From an uncultured Acidimicrobiaceae bacterium (GTDB lineage Bacteria > Actinomycetota > Acidimicrobiia > Spongiisociales > UBA5794): a DNA stretch of 64,000 nt. Positions 1 to 9,972 of the stretch are shown here, piece by piece. Position 1 is the stretch's first letter; every line of letters begins with the position of its first letter. The notes beneath the pieces are model-generated. The model had not been told where the DNA came from and made no database searches. It saw only the letters and a list, made by a program, of their open reading frames with translations. The stretch is from contig CAZOGW010000002.1 in assembly GCA_964579415.1 (NCBI GenBank), forward strand, positions 14,612 through 78,611, in the 5' to 3' direction. Position numbers and translations under genes: made by a program.

Positions 1-135
1 TTCGTCCTGGGCGATCAGCGGGCCCGCTCCGCCGACGACAGCCGCCACCTCGGCCCCGTGCCCACAGCCGGCATGTGGCGCGGCGTGGCCCGCTACTGGC
101 CGCCAGGACGTGTGGGACTCCTCTGAAGAACGGGA

Positions 136-163
136 GTACTTGGTACTTGGTACTTGGTACTTG
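136..163. repeat. Tandem heptamer array (GTACTTG)x4, followed by GGGGTGG; left arm of an inverted pair whose partner is at 819-846
   Basis: Read directly: gtacttggtacttggtacttggtacttggggg. The reverse complement occurs at 819-846. Confidence 0.9.
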
Positions 164-174
164 GGGGTGGAGAC

Positions 175-828
175 TCAATGGGATGATGCGTCGAGAAGGA
201 CGTCGATGGCGTGATGGGTCTCGCCCTCGAGCTGCACAGGGCGGGCGACTCGTTCCAGGCGGTCGATGTGGAGAGAGGCGAAGTCGGTGCGGAGTTGCTC
301 CTCGTCGTAGAGCACCTCGGGGATCTGGGGACCCCCCACACCCTCGGTGAGGTTGTCGCGGTGGTGAGCGACGAGGAACAGCCGGCCGCCGGGCGCGACT
401 GCCGCGGCGGCGCCCCGGTGGACCGACTCGCGTTGCGCCGGGACGAGTTGCAGGTACGACAGCAGCACCAGGTCGAAGGCCGCCGGCTGGGGTACCCACT
501 CCAGCAGGTCGGCGGCGACGGCATCGACGCGGAGACCGTTCTCGGTGGCGAGCCCACGCAGTCGGTCGATGGCCACGTCGGACAGATCGACGGCCGTGAC
601 GTCGTGGCCCTGCGCCGCCAGCCACAGCGAATTCCGGCCCTGTCCGGCCCCCAGGTCGAGCACCCGCCGCGGCTCGAGTCCGGACAGGCTCCCGGCGACG
701 AAGCGGTTCGGTTCCATGCCGAAAACGCTCACATCTTCGGAGTACCGCTCGTTCCAGTAGGCCCGCCGCTCGCCCGGCGTAGGCATCGTCCAACTCACCA
801 ACGAAGTATCCCACCCACCAAGTACCAA
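175..828 (-). CDS. Class I SAM-dependent methyltransferase, small stand-alone; the true start is probably internal near 784 (MPTPGERRAYWNERY)
   Basis: Motif VLDLGAGQGRNSLWLAAQGHDVTAVDLS (SAM-binding motif I with acidic residue after beta2) and a GGRLFL post-II motif. The ORF is bracketed by the inverted heptamer arrays. Confidence 0.75.
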   Translation of the reverse strand: MVLGGWDTSLVSWTMPTPGERRAYWNERYSEDVSVFGMEPNRFVAGSLSGLEPRRVLDLGAGQGRNSLWLAAQGHDVTAVDLSDVAIDRLRGLATENGLRVDAVAADLLEWVPQPAAFDLVLLSYLQLVPAQRESVHRGAAAAVAPGGRLFLVAHHRDNLTEGVGGPQIPEVLYDEEQLRTDFASLHIDRLERVARPVQLEGETHHAIDVLLDASSH

Positions 829-846
829 GTACCAAGTACCAAGTAC
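819..846. repeat. Tandem heptamer array (CAAGTAC)x4, the reverse complement of the 136-163 array; right arm of an inverted repeat flanking the methyltransferase gene
   Basis: Read directly: ccaccc-aagtaccaagtaccaagtaccaagtacc-tcc. Both arms carry a G/C-rich cap (GGGGTGG or CCACCC) on the inner side. Confidence 0.9.
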
Positions 847-966
847 CTCCCCATGTGACGATGCCTTGCCCTCCTGATGGAACCCACCCCCACCCCCATG
901 CGTCTCGCTTGTGGGTCTTCGCTACGAGTCCGGCGTCGTGAGCAACCACGGCACCACTAGCCTCCG

Positions 967-1521
967 GTGAAGCCCTTGGAAGGTGTAGGTGTGGACCGGG
1001 AAGTGACCGGTGCCCAGGCCACGGATAGTCGTGGCGGCCCGGCGGTGCAGAAGATCCGCGAGCTTTCGTTCGAGGACTACTACCGCAACCACCGGGACCG
1101 CATGTTCCGGGCGCTGGCGCTGACACTCGGTGACGTCGACCTCGCCGCCGACGCGGCGGACGAGGCGATGGTGCGGACGTACCAGCACTGGCGCAAGGTT
1201 CGGGACTACGGCAATCCGACGGGTTGGACTTACCGGGTGGGCCTCAACTGGGCACGTTCCCGGCTGAGGAAGGCGAAGAGGGAGCAGCTCGGCATCGTGC
1301 CGGAGACCGCCCGTCTCGATCCGGAAGGATCGGACCCGGTCCTGGTGGCGAAGGTGGCGGAGCTGCCGCTTCCCGCCCGCTCGGTGGTGGTCATGAGGTT
1401 TTACCTGCAGTGGTCCCATGAAGAGATCGCAGAGGCGTTGGACATACCGATCGGCACGGTGAAGAGCCGCCTTCACCGGGCCGTTGCCGACCTGCGGGGC
1501 AAGCTGGAGGTGGCGGAGTGA
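967..1521 (+). CDS. ECF-family RNA polymerase sigma-70 factor
   Basis: Region 2 (FEDYYRNHRDRMFRAL...YQHWRK) and region 4 HTH (VVVMRFYLQWSHEEIAEALDIPIGTVKSRLHRA). A 4-nt GTGA overlap joins it to the next gene. Confidence 0.85.
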   Translation: MKPLEGVGVDREVTGAQATDSRGGPAVQKIRELSFEDYYRNHRDRMFRALALTLGDVDLAADAADEAMVRTYQHWRKVRDYGNPTGWTYRVGLNWARSRLRKAKREQLGIVPETARLDPEGSDPVLVAKVAELPLPARSVVVMRFYLQWSHEEIAEALDIPIGTVKSRLHRAVADLRGKLEVAE

Positions 1522-3182
1522 GCATCGAGGAACTGCTCCAGAGCGAGCTGGAGCACGCCGCCGCCCGCATCGACGCGCCGTCGAGCAGGCTGGAGGACGT
1601 GATGGCACGCGGCGGGCGCCGCCGAGCCGGTCGCCTCGTCGCTCTCGCCGGGACCGGTGTGGCGTGCCTCGCCGTCGCCGTGGGCGTCACCGCCCTGGTC
1701 GCCGGCTCCCGGGCACCGGTCACACCGGTGGCGACACCCACGCCGACCACGATCCAACCGACGGCCGCTCGAGGTGTGGTGGAGACCGTCGAGGGCGACA
1801 TCGTCGTCGACGGCCACGGCCTGGCGGTGCGTCCCGCCGCCGGCGGAGCTCCCCAGCCCATCATGGAGGCACACACCCTGCAACTGGGCGGGCGCCCCAG
1901 CTTCGGGCCGGCGCTGTCGGACGGTGCCGGAGGGTTCGTCTACTCGGTGGCGGAGGTCACCAGGTCCGCCACCGGCGTCTCCGGCCATGTGTTGTGGGTG
2001 CCTGCCGGTGAGACCACACCCCGCATCGTGGCGGTAGAACCACTGGTCGGCGTCGGAGAGGTGATCGGCGTCGTCGACGGGCCCGACGCCCGCGAGGTCG
2101 TGTATACGACCGCGGCGGGGCGCACCGCAGTGGTGCGCATGGCCCCCCTCAAGCGCGGCGCGGCACGCACCGTTGCCGAGGGAGTCCACGCCGTGGGGGC
2201 CTCGGGACGCCACATCATCGCCACCAGCCACGCCGGGGGCTGCACCCAGCTCAGGATCTTCACCACCCAAGCGACGGAGAGGCCCCTCTCCGAACTGCCG
2301 GGGACCACGTGCAAGGACATCCGCGGCACGGTGCTGTCACCGGACGGTACCGGCGCCGCCTTCCTGGATTTCACCGGTGGCGAGGCCACCCTCACCGTGA
2401 TCGACGCCACCAGCGGAAGGCCCGTCGCCGAGTGGACGGTGGGCGAGGGCCGGCTCGTCGACTTCGACGGGGAGTACGCCTACCTGGACGGCCGCCGCCG
2501 CGTCGCCATCGCCACCGGGGTGGTCGAATCGAACAGCTCCGCTCCCGGCGACGTGTTCCAGATCAACGACCGCCTCGTGCTGCAGGCGCCGGGGAACGCC
2601 AGCGTCTCCTACGAGGAGGCGGCCGGGGCTGCGCCCCAGCGAACCAGCGAGGACACCACCTCGACGGGAGGCACCGGGGGCGACTGGCGGGTGCTGGTTC
2701 GCTCGCAGTCGGTCGATCCCCCGGTCGATCTCGACGTGTTCGGCGTCACCACCACCGGGCTGGGGCCCTACGTCCTCGGTGCCCGCGTCCAGGCCGTCGC
2801 CGACGCTTCGGGACACGACCTGCTCGCCCCGGAGGGAGGGATCGGGTACTGCGGAACCGTGGCCCCGGGCCGTGCCGCCGCCGTGAGCCGCGGCGACCTC
2901 ACCGTCACCGTCGTCAACGATCGGGTGGTCCGCTTCGACTTCTCCACCCCCCGGTTCACCTTCGACGGGCTCGGTGTCGGCTCCAGTATCGACGACATCA
3001 TCCGGCGCTACCCGGCGGCCGAGGTCGTCCCGGTCGACACCGTCTTCGACCGGGAGCGGGTGACATTGTCGCCGGTGGACGACGACGGCATCGAGGTGGT
3101 GTTCGAGGTGGCAGGCGACATGGTGACCCGCTACCGCGTCGGCATCCCCCGCCATCTCGAACCGCCGGTGCCCTGCCGATGA
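1518..3182 (+). CDS. Putative anti-sigma factor-like membrane protein: short cytoplasmic N-terminus, one transmembrane helix, large extracytoplasmic domain
   Basis: Translationally coupled to the ECF sigma gene. One hydrophobic helix (LVALAGTGVACLAVAVGVTALVAG) after about 40 residues. No recognisable catalytic motif. Confidence 0.55.
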   Translation: MSIEELLQSELEHAAARIDAPSSRLEDVMARGGRRRAGRLVALAGTGVACLAVAVGVTALVAGSRAPVTPVATPTPTTIQPTAARGVVETVEGDIVVDGHGLAVRPAAGGAPQPIMEAHTLQLGGRPSFGPALSDGAGGFVYSVAEVTRSATGVSGHVLWVPAGETTPRIVAVEPLVGVGEVIGVVDGPDAREVVYTTAAGRTAVVRMAPLKRGAARTVAEGVHAVGASGRHIIATSHAGGCTQLRIFTTQATERPLSELPGTTCKDIRGTVLSPDGTGAAFLDFTGGEATLTVIDATSGRPVAEWTVGEGRLVDFDGEYAYLDGRRRVAIATGVVESNSSAPGDVFQINDRLVLQAPGNASVSYEEAAGAAPQRTSEDTTSTGGTGGDWRVLVRSQSVDPPVDLDVFGVTTTGLGPYVLGARVQAVADASGHDLLAPEGGIGYCGTVAPGRAAAVSRGDLTVTVVNDRVVRFDFSTPRFTFDGLGVGSSIDDIIRRYPAAEVVPVDTVFDRERVTLSPVDDDGIEVVFEVAGDMVTRYRVGIPRHLEPPVPCR

Positions 3183-3221
3183 TCACCGGTTAGACACCGG
3201 CCCCTCCTACACTCCGCCGCC

Positions 3222-4370
3222 GTGAACGCCTTCAACAAACTCATCGCCGCGCTCAAAGAGCTCCCGCCCGCCCGCCGCAACCTCCTCATCGGGCTCGGTG
3301 CCCTGGTGGTCGTGGTGCTCTTCGCCATCGTCTTCGCCCTCTGCAGCGGAGGGGACGACGCTCCCCCGACCACGACCACCACCACCGGTGCTCCCGTCAC
3401 CACGACGACCGCGGCCCCCACCACCACCGCAGAGAGCACGACATCCACCTCCACCACGGTCGCCGCCGGACCGGTGTCACAGCTCAACGGCCTCCCCACC
3501 GGGGAGGACACCGACCTGGATCGCAGGGTTGTTGCGGTGAAGGTCGACAACCACCCCGATGCCCGCCCCCAGTCCGGGCTGCAGGAGGCCGACGCCGTCA
3601 TGGAGCTCATCGTCGAAGGCGGGTTGTCACGGTTCATCGCCCTCTTCCACGAATCCGACAGCGAGTACGTCGGTCCGGTGCGGTCGGTGCGGCCCACCGA
3701 CCCCACGCTGGTACGCCCCCTCGACGCCGTCCTCCAGATCTCGGGCGGCCAGCCGTGGGTCCAGAACATCGTCAGCGGCGCCGGCGTCAACTTCCTCAGC
3801 GAGTCGGCCTCGAGCACCTTCCGCATCTCCGGCCGCAGCGCCCCCCACAACCTCTACGCCAGCACCCCCGCCATCCGCGAGCTGGCCGACGAGCGGGGTT
3901 GGCCCGACGAGCCGCCCGCCGACGGGGCATGGTTCACCTTCGGGACCCCGCCACCGGCCGACGCCACCGCCGAGACCGTGACCCTCGACTGGTCGTCGCA
4001 GCAGCCGGTGCCCGTGGTATGGCGCTGGGACGGCGAGCAGTACCTGCGCTCCTACGGCGAGACGCCTCACGAATGGGTCGATGCCGAGGGAGAGCGGGGC
4101 CAGATCGCCACCGACACCCTGGTGGTGCTCACCACCCCCCTCTACACCGCCTCCGGTAGCTCGGGCTCCTCGGTCCCGGCCCTGGAGACCACCGGCACCG
4201 GCACCGCCTACGTGTTCGTCGACGGGTCGGTCATCGAGGGCACCTGGCAGCGTGACGAGATCACCGAGGCGTTCTCGCTGACCACAGCCGACGGCGCCAC
4301 CATCGAGCTTCCCGCCGGCCGCCTCTGGGTCAGCGTGTTCCCCGACAGCCGGCCCGTCACCTGGGAATGA
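3222..4370 (+). CDS. DUF3048-family (YerB-like) membrane-anchored or lipoprotein with Thr/Pro-rich linker
   Basis: N-terminal TM or signal anchor with Cys (ALCSGG), a poly-Thr/Pro linker, then VVAVKVDNHPDARPQSGLQEADAVMELIVEGGLSRFIALFH, typical of DUF3048. Confidence 0.7.
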   Translation: MNAFNKLIAALKELPPARRNLLIGLGALVVVVLFAIVFALCSGGDDAPPTTTTTTGAPVTTTTAAPTTTAESTTSTSTTVAAGPVSQLNGLPTGEDTDLDRRVVAVKVDNHPDARPQSGLQEADAVMELIVEGGLSRFIALFHESDSEYVGPVRSVRPTDPTLVRPLDAVLQISGGQPWVQNIVSGAGVNFLSESASSTFRISGRSAPHNLYASTPAIRELADERGWPDEPPADGAWFTFGTPPPADATAETVTLDWSSQQPVPVVWRWDGEQYLRSYGETPHEWVDAEGERGQIATDTLVVLTTPLYTASGSSGSSVPALETTGTGTAYVFVDGSVIEGTWQRDEITEAFSLTTADGATIELPAGRLWVSVFPDSRPVTWE

Positions 4371-5773
4371 CCGCAGGCCGTCCCCGACCGGATGGCCTCG
4401 CCGCGCTGGCGGCAGCCGTCCGCCGCGGGGAGCGCTCCGCCGCCGACATCGCCGCCACCTACCTGGGACGGATCGAGAGCGCCGGGGCCTCGATCAACGC
4501 CTTCACCGCCCCACCGGACGGCACCGCCCTCACCGCCGCTGCCGCCGTCGACGCCGCGGTGGCAGCCGGAGCGGATCCGGGCCCGCTCGCCGGAATCCCG
4601 GTCGCCATCAAGGACATCATCGACGAGGCCGGTGTCCCCAACACTCGGGGCACGTCCTTCGCTCCCCCGGTGCCCGAGACGTCGGCGCCGGTCGTCGACC
4701 GCCTCGACGCCGCCGGGGCGGTGCGTTTCGGCCGCACCGTGCTGCACGAGTTCGCCTTCGGCTACAGCTCGGAGAACCACTGGTTCGGCCCGGTGCGCAA
4801 CCCGTGGGACACCGCCACCTCCTGCGGAGGCTCGTCCGGCGGTTCGGCGGCGGCTGTCGCCGCCGGATTCGCCCCCGCCGCCCTCGGCACCGACACCGGC
4901 GGTTCGGTGCGGGTCCCCGCCGCCATGTGCGGCATCGTCGGTCTCAAGGTGACCCACGGCCGCATCCCCATCACCGGGGTCTACCCGCTGGGACCGTCGC
5001 TGGACACGGTGGGCCCGCTAACGCGCAGCGTCGACGACGCCGCCTCGCTGTACCTGGCACTGGCCGGCCACCACCCCGGCGACATCTGGTCACGGAACGT
5101 CCCCGTCACCGCGCCGGGCACGCCCCCGCCCGCCGGGGACATCCGCCTCGGCATCCCCCACCCGTGGGTCGAGACGCCGCTCGACGGCGCCGTGGCGGAG
5201 GGATGGGCGTGGTTCCATGACCGCTGCCGGAAGCTGGGGATCGAGGTGGTGTCACTGCACCTGCCCGAGATCGACTTCCCCGGACGGGTGCTGGAGTCGA
5301 TCTACCCGGAGGTGGCCGAGATCCACCGGGAGCGGTTCGCCGCCCACCCCGAGGGCTACGGCCCGGAGGTGCGCCGGCGCGTCGAGGCCGCCATGGGCTA
5401 CACCATGGCCCACTACCTCGAGGGTCTGGCGTGGCGGAACCGGATCGGTGACGCCCTCTCCAGGGCGTTGCGCGACTGCGACGCCGTGGTCACCCCCACG
5501 GTCCCCACGATCCGCAAGGTCATCGGCGAGGACAGCGTCGCCCTCGGCGGCGAGGACTTCCACTACCGGGCGGCACTGAGCCGCTTCGCGGCGCTGGTCA
5601 ACCACGCCGGGGTACCCGCCCTGTCGCTCCCGCTGGCGATCGACGGCGCCCCTCCCCCCAGCGTCCAGCTCATCGGGCCTATGTGGGGCGAGCATCGCCT
5701 CCTCGAGCTGGGCGGCCTCCTCGAAGCCGAGGGCGTGGCCGGGGCACGCCCGCCCGCCGGATTCGATTGGTAG
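4367..5773 (+). CDS. Amidase-signature family enzyme (GatA-like amidase)
   Basis: GIPVAIKDIID...NTRGTS and the amidase signature GGSSGGSAAAVAAGFAPAALGTDTGGSVRVPAAMCGIVGLKVTHGRI (Ser-cisSer-Lys triad). Confidence 0.85.
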   Translation: MTAGRPRPDGLAALAAAVRRGERSAADIAATYLGRIESAGASINAFTAPPDGTALTAAAAVDAAVAAGADPGPLAGIPVAIKDIIDEAGVPNTRGTSFAPPVPETSAPVVDRLDAAGAVRFGRTVLHEFAFGYSSENHWFGPVRNPWDTATSCGGSSGGSAAAVAAGFAPAALGTDTGGSVRVPAAMCGIVGLKVTHGRIPITGVYPLGPSLDTVGPLTRSVDDAASLYLALAGHHPGDIWSRNVPVTAPGTPPPAGDIRLGIPHPWVETPLDGAVAEGWAWFHDRCRKLGIEVVSLHLPEIDFPGRVLESIYPEVAEIHRERFAAHPEGYGPEVRRRVEAAMGYTMAHYLEGLAWRNRIGDALSRALRDCDAVVTPTVPTIRKVIGEDSVALGGEDFHYRAALSRFAALVNHAGVPALSLPLAIDGAPPPSVQLIGPMWGEHRLLELGGLLEAEGVAGARPPAGFDW

Positions 5774-5960
5774 CGGCGCCGCTCCGGGTTCCGGGGACAA
5801 AGGGACGAAAGTCCCACTCGGAAGGTTCCACCTCCGGATCACTCGCGCATAGACTGCAAGCTCGGGTGGGGGCGTTGCGACACCCTACCTGGTGCGCCCT
5901 GGCGGGCACATCAACCAGAACTAAGAGGCCGCTCCCACGCGGCCACCAAGGAAGGCCACC

Positions 5961-7831
5961 GTGGCGGAAGACACCCTTACCAAGCCCATCGATCGCGAGA
6001 AGCTCGACCGGGTCGTAATTCGATTCGCCGGCGACTCCGGTGACGGCATGCAGCTCGCCGGGACCCGCTTCACCGACGCGTCCGCCCTGTTCGGCAACGA
6101 CCTGGCGACTCTCCCCAACTTCCCCGCCGAGATCCGGGCCCCCGCCGGCACGCTACCCGGCGTGTCGTCGTTCCAGGTCCACATCGCCGACTGGGACATC
6201 CTCACCCCGGGCGACGAGCCCGACGTGCTGGTCGCCATGAACCCGGCGGCCCTCAAGGCGAACCTGGGCGATCTGCGCAAGGGCGGGCTGCTCCTGGTGA
6301 ACAGCGACGCCTTCGACGAGCGCAACCTCACCAAGGCCGGGTTCACCGGCAACCCCCTCGAGGACGGATCGCTGGAGGGCTACCACGTGCTCACCGCCCC
6401 GATGGAGGAGCTGACCAAGCTGGCGGTCGCCACCACCGGCCTCACCGGGCGGGGAGTGCTCCGCTCCAAGAACTTCTTCGCCCTCGGCCTGGTGTCGTGG
6501 ATGTTCAACCGCCCCACCGACACGGTGTTCGCCTGGCTCGACGAGAAGTTCGGTCCCGACGACGCGGTGGCCAAGGGCAACGCCGCCGCCTTCCGCGCCG
6601 GCTACAACTTCGGCATCACCACCGAGGAGTTCCACCACACCTACGAGGTGGAACCGGCCCGGCTCCCCGCCGGCGAGTACACCAACGTCACCGGCAACCA
6701 GGCGCTGGCGTGGGGCCTCATCGCCGCCGCCTCCTCGGTCCGGTTGCCGCTGTTCTATGGCTCGTACCCGATCACCCCGGCGTCGGGCATCCTCGAGGAA
6801 CTGGCCCGCCACAAGAACTTCGGGGTTCGCACCCTGCAGGTGGAGGACGAGATCGCCGCCGTCGGCGTCGCTCTGGGATCGTCGTTCGCCGGCCACCTCG
6901 GTGTCACCGGCACCAGCGGTCCCGGGGTCGCCCTCAAGTCGGAGACGATCAGCCTGGCGTTCCAGACCGAGCTGCCGCTCATCGTGGTCGACGTCCAGCG
7001 CGCCGGACCGTCGACCGGCATGCCCACCAAGGTGGAACAGGCCGACCTGCTGCTGGCGCTCTACGGCCGGCATGGCGAGGCGCCGCTCCCCGTGATCGCG
7101 GTATCGTCACCCAGCGACGCCTTCGAGACCGCCATCGAGGCGGTCCGCATCGCCGTCAACTTCATGACCCCGGTGATCCTGCTCTCCGACGGCTACATCG
7201 CCAACAGCTCGGAGCCGTGGAGCCTCCCCGACGTGGAGGCGATCCCCGACCACTCGGTGGCTTTCGCCGCAGCGGTCGAGGGCAGCGAGTTCCTCCCCTA
7301 CCGGCGTGACCCCGAGACGCTGGCCCGCCCCTGGGCCGTCCCGGGGACACCGGGCCTGGAGCACCGTGTCGGCGGTCTCGAGCACGAGGACGGCACCGGC
7401 AACGTGTCGTACGAGCCGCTGAACCACGAGGCGATGACCATCGTGCGCGAGAACAAGATGCGGGCGGTGGCCCGTTCCCTGCCGCCGCTCGAAGTATGGG
7501 ACCCAGACGGAGACGCCGACCTGCTGGTGGTGGGCTGGGGTTCGACCTTCGGCGCCATCCGCGCCGGCGTGCGTAACACCGCCAAGGCGGGCTACAGCGC
7601 CGCCCACCTGCACCTGCGCCACCTGTGCCCCCTGCCCGACGACCTGGGCGACGTCCTGGCCCGCTACGACCAGGTGCTGGTGCCCGAGCTGAATCGAGGT
7701 CAGCTGGTCAAAGTGCTGCGGGCGGAGTACCTGGTTCCCGCCATCGGCTACGGGAAGGTCCAGGGGCTGCCCTTCAAGGCGGCCGAGATCAGCCGCAAGA
7801 TCATGGAGCTCATCGACCACAAGGACGCACG

Positions 7832-7835
<4 letters not shown>
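5961..7835 (+). CDS. korA: 2-oxoglutarate/2-oxoacid:ferredoxin oxidoreductase subunit alpha (KorA-type fused alpha/gamma)
   Basis: Length (624 aa), N-terminus RFAGDSGDGMQLAG, the POR catalytic domain, and a 4-nt ATGA overlap with a TPP-binding beta subunit gene. Confidence 0.85.
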
Positions 7836-8839
<1,004 letters not shown>

Positions 8840-8861
8840 CCGGTCGCCGGAGACCGAGCCC

Positions 8862-9848
8862 GTGACGGCGGCGCCGCCGGTGTCGTGTGTCATCCCGGTG
8901 CGCAACGAGGCGCACAGCATCGCCGCCGCGGTGGAGAGCTGCCTGGATCAGACCTATCCCGGCCCCCTCGAGGTGGTGGTGGCGGACGCCATGAGCACCG
9001 ACGGCACCCGCGACGTGGTCACCCGGCTCGCCGGTGCCGACGCCCGGGTGCGCCTGGTGGACAACCCGACACGGGTCACCCCCGCCGGACTCAACGCCGC
9101 CATAGCCGTCGCCGGCGGTGAGGTGGTGGCCCGCTGCGACGCCCACGCCGTGCTGCCCTCCGACTACGTCGCCACTGCAGTGCGGCTCCTCGACGAGACC
9201 GGCGCCGCCTGCGTGGGAGGGGTGCAGCGGGCGGTGGGCGTGACGCCGGTACAGCGCGCCATCGCAGCCGCCATGTCGACGCCGATCGGCGTCGGTGACG
9301 CCCGCTTCCACTACGGCGGCGACCCGGGGCCGGTGGACACCGTGTACCTGGGAGTGTTCCGCCGGACCGCCCTCGACACCGTCGGCGGGTTCGACGAGCA
9401 CCTGCGACGCAACCAGGACTACGAGCTCAACCACAGGCTCCGCCTCGCCCAGGGGCCGGACGCGGTGTGGTTCGACCCCTCCCTCGGTGTCGAGTACCGG
9501 CCCCGTGCATCTCTGCGGGCACTGTGGAAGCAGTACTTCGACTACGGTATCGGCAAGCGGGTCATGCTGCGCCGCCATCCCCGCTCTCTGCGTTGGCGCC
9601 AGCTCGTCGCCCCTGCGTTCGTGGTGTCGCTGGCGGCGTCCGTCGTCGCCCTCGCCGTGGGCTGGACCGCACTGGGGCTGGTTGTCCCGCTGGCGTACGC
9701 CGCGGTGCTGGCGTTCGGCACCGTCGTAGAGCTGTGGCGCCGTCGCGACGCCGCCATGCTGGCGCTCCCCGCCGCCCTCGCCTCGATGCACACCGCCTGG
9801 GGCCTCGGCTTCTTGGGCGCCTCGCTCGATTCCCGATCCCGGCGGTGA
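8862..9848 (+). CDS. Family 2 glycosyltransferase (GT-A) with C-terminal transmembrane helices
   Basis: SCVIPVRNEAHSIAAAVESCLDQTY...EVVVADAMSTDGT (GT2 DxD context). Two or three hydrophobic helices at the C-terminus. Confidence 0.8.
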   Translation: MTAAPPVSCVIPVRNEAHSIAAAVESCLDQTYPGPLEVVVADAMSTDGTRDVVTRLAGADARVRLVDNPTRVTPAGLNAAIAVAGGEVVARCDAHAVLPSDYVATAVRLLDETGAACVGGVQRAVGVTPVQRAIAAAMSTPIGVGDARFHYGGDPGPVDTVYLGVFRRTALDTVGGFDEHLRRNQDYELNHRLRLAQGPDAVWFDPSLGVEYRPRASLRALWKQYFDYGIGKRVMLRRHPRSLRWRQLVAPAFVVSLAASVVALAVGWTALGLVVPLAYAAVLAFGTVVELWRRRDAAMLALPAALASMHTAWGLGFLGASLDSRSRR

Positions 9849-9972
9849 CCTCGGCCCCGAGCGGCCTCCTTGCCGAAACACCGGACAGCACGGATCCGTG
9901 TGCCGGATCAGGGTTGGGGTTGCTTTCCAGCACCGGTACGGTGTCCATACCGATCGGGAGGACGATCGAAGC

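Noticed and set aside
1-126. Possible 3' end of a plus-strand gene entering from the left edge (frame 1, stop at 124-126)
   Set aside because: Only 41 codons are visible with no recognisable motif. It cannot be distinguished from a random open frame, so it is not reported as a feature.
136-163. Heptamer tandem arrays as CRISPR repeats or microsatellite noise
   Set aside because: Arrays are 21-28 bp of a 7-mer with no spacers. Their recurrence as exact inverted partners and a perfect palindrome argues for a specific element, not random simple-sequence or CRISPR.
5774-5960. 187-bp leader upstream of korA as a possible riboswitch/attenuator
   Set aside because: No recognisable conserved riboswitch core (e.g. 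no SAM, TPP or cobalamin box) could be identified by inspection. Likely an ordinary promoter/5'-UTR.
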